Part shown: in pieces, positions 61,096 to 64,000 of the stretch
Position numbering within the stretch: the first letter of the stretch is position 1
Layout: the number at the start of each line of letters is the position of its first letter
Origin: Antedon mediterranea
Taxonomy: Eukaryota > Animalia > Echinodermata
Direction of reading: 5' to 3'
Assembly: GCF_964355755.1 (NCBI RefSeq)
Contig: NC_092678.1
Location: 1,318,422 to 1,382,421, forward strand
Length of the DNA: 64,000 bases
Position numbers and translations under genes: made by a program
The notes under the pieces: model-generated
What the model saw: only the letters and a program-made list of their open reading frames with translations
Database searches by the model: none
What the model was told of the DNA's origin: nothing

Positions 61096-61763
61096 AGCTC
61101 TGTCTACACTATCAATCTTTATGTGACAAAAAAGTGTGATGTACTCATATATGGTAGTGATATGTTTAAAGATGTATTGTCCCTTGAAACACAAAAAAAT
61201 AAAGGTCAAAATATTCTAAATTTAAATTGGCCATATGAAAGTAATATTAAAGTTATTCACTTTAAGTCGAAAATTCGAGCCAAAAACAACAGGTTTACGT
61301 AATTAACAGGTAAATAAATTTGATTACATTTCATCTGGAAAATCGTCGCGATCAAAAGTAAACAAAGATTTTAAACCACGAGTATGCATGATGCTAATTA
61401 GGATGGTTTACAACTCGTCACGGTTCAGAAGGTGTTCTCACACAGATCGCGAGGAAGTTTTATGATTATGCATACAGAGTAGCCAAACAAGCGCGTTGCA
61501 TTATGAGATATGTTTTGATCAAAAACTTTGACTGAAAAAAACGTCTGTATTTCAGTTAAATGATTTTTTTTTTTCGACTAATTTTTGGTGAAAGTTAATA
61601 ACTATTATGATACTTCAAAATGACCAACTTTTTTCGAAATCTTTTATTTTTTATTTTTTGGGAATTAGTCAAAGGGACAATACATCTTTAAATATGGTAG
61701 TGATATGACATTGTCATGTCCATATATGGGCACTTCACATTTTTTTGTCACATAAAGCAGAGC
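61096..61763. mobile_element. MITE family A split by a nested insertion
   Basis: Left half 61096-61169 and right half 61688-61763 rejoin into the family A consensus. Confidence 0.8.
61170..61687. mobile_element. Non-autonomous TTAA-targeting DNA transposon (Kolobok-like)
   Basis: TIRs agatgtattgtccctt / aagggacaatacatct flanked by TTAA on both sides; AG..CT termini rather than the CC..GG of piggyBac. Confidence 0.8.
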
Positions 61764-62040
61764 AGATTTTGAGTTTCTCCAACTGTAGTGTTCTTGTTAG
61801 TTAGTTGAATGTCAGGCTGCAAAACAATTAAATTATTACCTGTATTTTAATTATTTATTCAATAATGGAATTTGTGTTACTGCTATTTTTGGGGAGGTGG
61901 GTGGGGAGGGCCTTGGTGCAAAGGTTGAAAAATTGAGGAGCCTTACCCATGTGGACAAAATTAATTTTTTAAAAACGCTACTAAAAATTGCTTCCCAAAC
62001 AAGGATTTAAGTGCAAAGCAAGTGAATATAGGAATGACAG

Positions 62041-64000
62041 ATGACAGTTTTGATAACCCATTAGTGTTGTGATTGGTGCGCTTATACCCTTGTGCCCTTG
62101 CATGACAGTTTTGATAACCCATTAGTGTTGTGATTGGTGCGCTTATGCCCTTGCGCCCTTGCATGACAGTTTTGATAACCCATTAGTGTTGTGATTGGTG
62201 CGCTTATGCCCTTGTGCCCTTGCATGACAGTTTTGATAACCCATTAGTGTTGTGATTGGTGCGCTTATGCCCTTGCGCCCTTGCATGACAGTTTTGACAA
62301 CCCATTAGTGTTGTGATTGGTGCGCTTATACCCTTGCGCCCTTGCATGACAGTTTTGATAACCCATTAGTGTTGTGATTGGTGCGCTTATACCCTTGTGC
62401 CCTTGCATGACAGTTTTGATAACCCATTAGTGTTGTGATTGGTGCGCTTATACCCTTGTGCCCTTGCATGACAGTTTTGATAACCCATTAGTGTTGTGAT
62501 TGGTGCGCTTATGCCCTTGTGCCCTTGCATGACAGTTTTGATAACCCATTAGTGTTGTGATTGGTGCGCTTATACCCTTGTGCCCTTGCATGACAGTTTT
62601 GATAACCCATTAGTGTTGTGATTGGTGCGCTTATGCCCTTGCGCCCTTGCATGACAGTTTTGATAACCCATTAGTGTTGTGATTGGTGCGCTTATACCCT
62701 TGCGCCCTTGCATGACAGTTTTGATAACCCATTAGTGTTGTGATTGGTGCGCTTATGCCCTTGTGCCCTTGCATGACAGTTTTGATAACCCATTAGTGTT
62801 GTGATTGGTGCGCTTATGCCCTTGTGCCCTTGCATGACAGTTTTGATAACCCATTAGTGTTGTGATTGGTGCGCTTATGCCCTTGCGCCCTTGCATGACA
62901 GTTTTGATAACCCATTAGTGTTGTGATTGGTGCGCTTATGCCCTTGTGCCCTTGCATGACAGTTTTGATAACCCATTAGTGTTGTGATTGGTGCGCTTAT
63001 GCCCTTGCGCCCTTGCATGACAGTTTTGATAACCCATTAGTGTTGTGATTGGTGCGCTTATACCCTTGTGCCCTTGAATGACAGTTTTGATAATCCATTA
63101 GTGTTGTGATTGGTGCGCTTATGCCCTTGTGCCCTTGCATGACAGTTTTGATAACCCATTAGTGTTGTGATTGGTGCGCTTATGCCCTTGTGCCCTTGCA
63201 TGACAGTTTTGATAACCCATTAGTGTTGTGATTGGTGCGCTTATGCCCTTGTGCCCTTGCATGACAGTTTTGATAACCCATTAGTGTTGTGATTGGTGCG
63301 CTTATACCCTTGTGCCCTTGCATGACAGTTTTGATAACCCATTAGTGTTGTGATTGGTGCGCTTATGCCCTTGTGCCCTTGCATGACAGTTTTGATAACC
63401 CATTAGTGTTGTGATTGGTGCGCTTATGCCCTTGTGCCCTTGCATGACAGTTTTGATAACCCATTAGTGTTGTGATTGGTGCGCTTATACCCTTGTGCCC
63501 TTGCATGACAGTTTTGATAACCCATTAGTGTTGTGATTGGTGCGCTTATGCCCTTGTGCCCTTGCATGACAGTTTTGATAACCCATTAGTGTTGTGATTG
63601 GTGCGCTTATGCCCTTGTGCTTTTGCATGACAGTTTTGATAACCCATTAGTGTTGTGATTGGTGCGCTTATGCCCTTGTGCCCTTGCATGACAGTTTTGA
63701 TAACCCATTAGTGTTGTGATTGGTGCGCTTATGCCCTTGTGCCCTTGCATGACAGTTTTGATAACCCATTAGTGTTGTGATTGGTGCGCTTATGCCCTTG
63801 TGCCCTTGCATGACAGTTTTGATAACCCATTAGTGTTGTGATTGGTGCGCTTATGCCCTTGTGCCCTTGCATGACAGTTTTGATAAACCATTAGTGTTGT
63901 GATTGGTGCGCTTATACCCTTGTGCCCTTGCATGACAGTTTTGATAACCCATTAGTGTTGTGATTGGTGCGCTTATGCCCTTGTGCCCTTGCATGACAGT
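62041..64000. repeat. 61-bp satellite, >=32 copies, runs off the window end
   Basis: Unit atgacagttttgataacccattagtgttgtgattggtgcgcttat(g/a)cccttg(t/c)gcccttgc. Confidence 0.97.

Noticed and set aside
13570-64000. CRISPR-like look of several regular arrays (44, 70, 65, 28, 61 bp)
   Set aside because: Units are head-to-tail with no unique spacers, there are no cas genes, and the context is eukaryotic.

Overview
AT-rich, intron-containing animal DNA. The repeat landscape (Deu/Nin-SINEs, a Neptune-type Penelope element, Harbinger/Kolobok MITEs) suggests a marine invertebrate, plausibly an echinoderm; this is inference. There are four gene-level units. (1) An intronless minus-strand Ig-domain/mucin-stalk/TM receptor (1713-5075) with a 38-aa coding VNTR and a duplicated Tyr-motif (ITIM-like) tail. 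(2) Its frameshifted tandem paralog (5908-7107). (3) A six-exon plus-strand single-pass membrane protein with a six-cysteine ectodomain (25320-44357), reconstructed by hand from splice phases. (4) The first ten coding exons of mitochondrial NAD-isocitrate dehydrogenase gamma (IDH3G, from 46809; last exon beyond the window). IDH3G has two apparent lesions, a 5-nt exonic insertion and a 114-bp intron/exon duplication, and each can be bypassed by an alternative 3' splice site. Its intron 3 holds a 5.4-kb composite foldback element: ~1.5-kb inverted arms with TAG..CTA ends and a GTT target duplication, enclosing a decayed Penelope (RT + GIY-YIG) element. Each arm carries a minimal hammerhead ribozyme, intact on the antisense strand and core-mutated on the host sense strand. 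The rest is MITEs, SINE/LINE fragments and minisatellites, several visibly derived from MITE internal sequence. No CRISPR, rRNA or intact tRNA genes were seen. Coordinates were counted by eye, so repeat boundaries are approximate.
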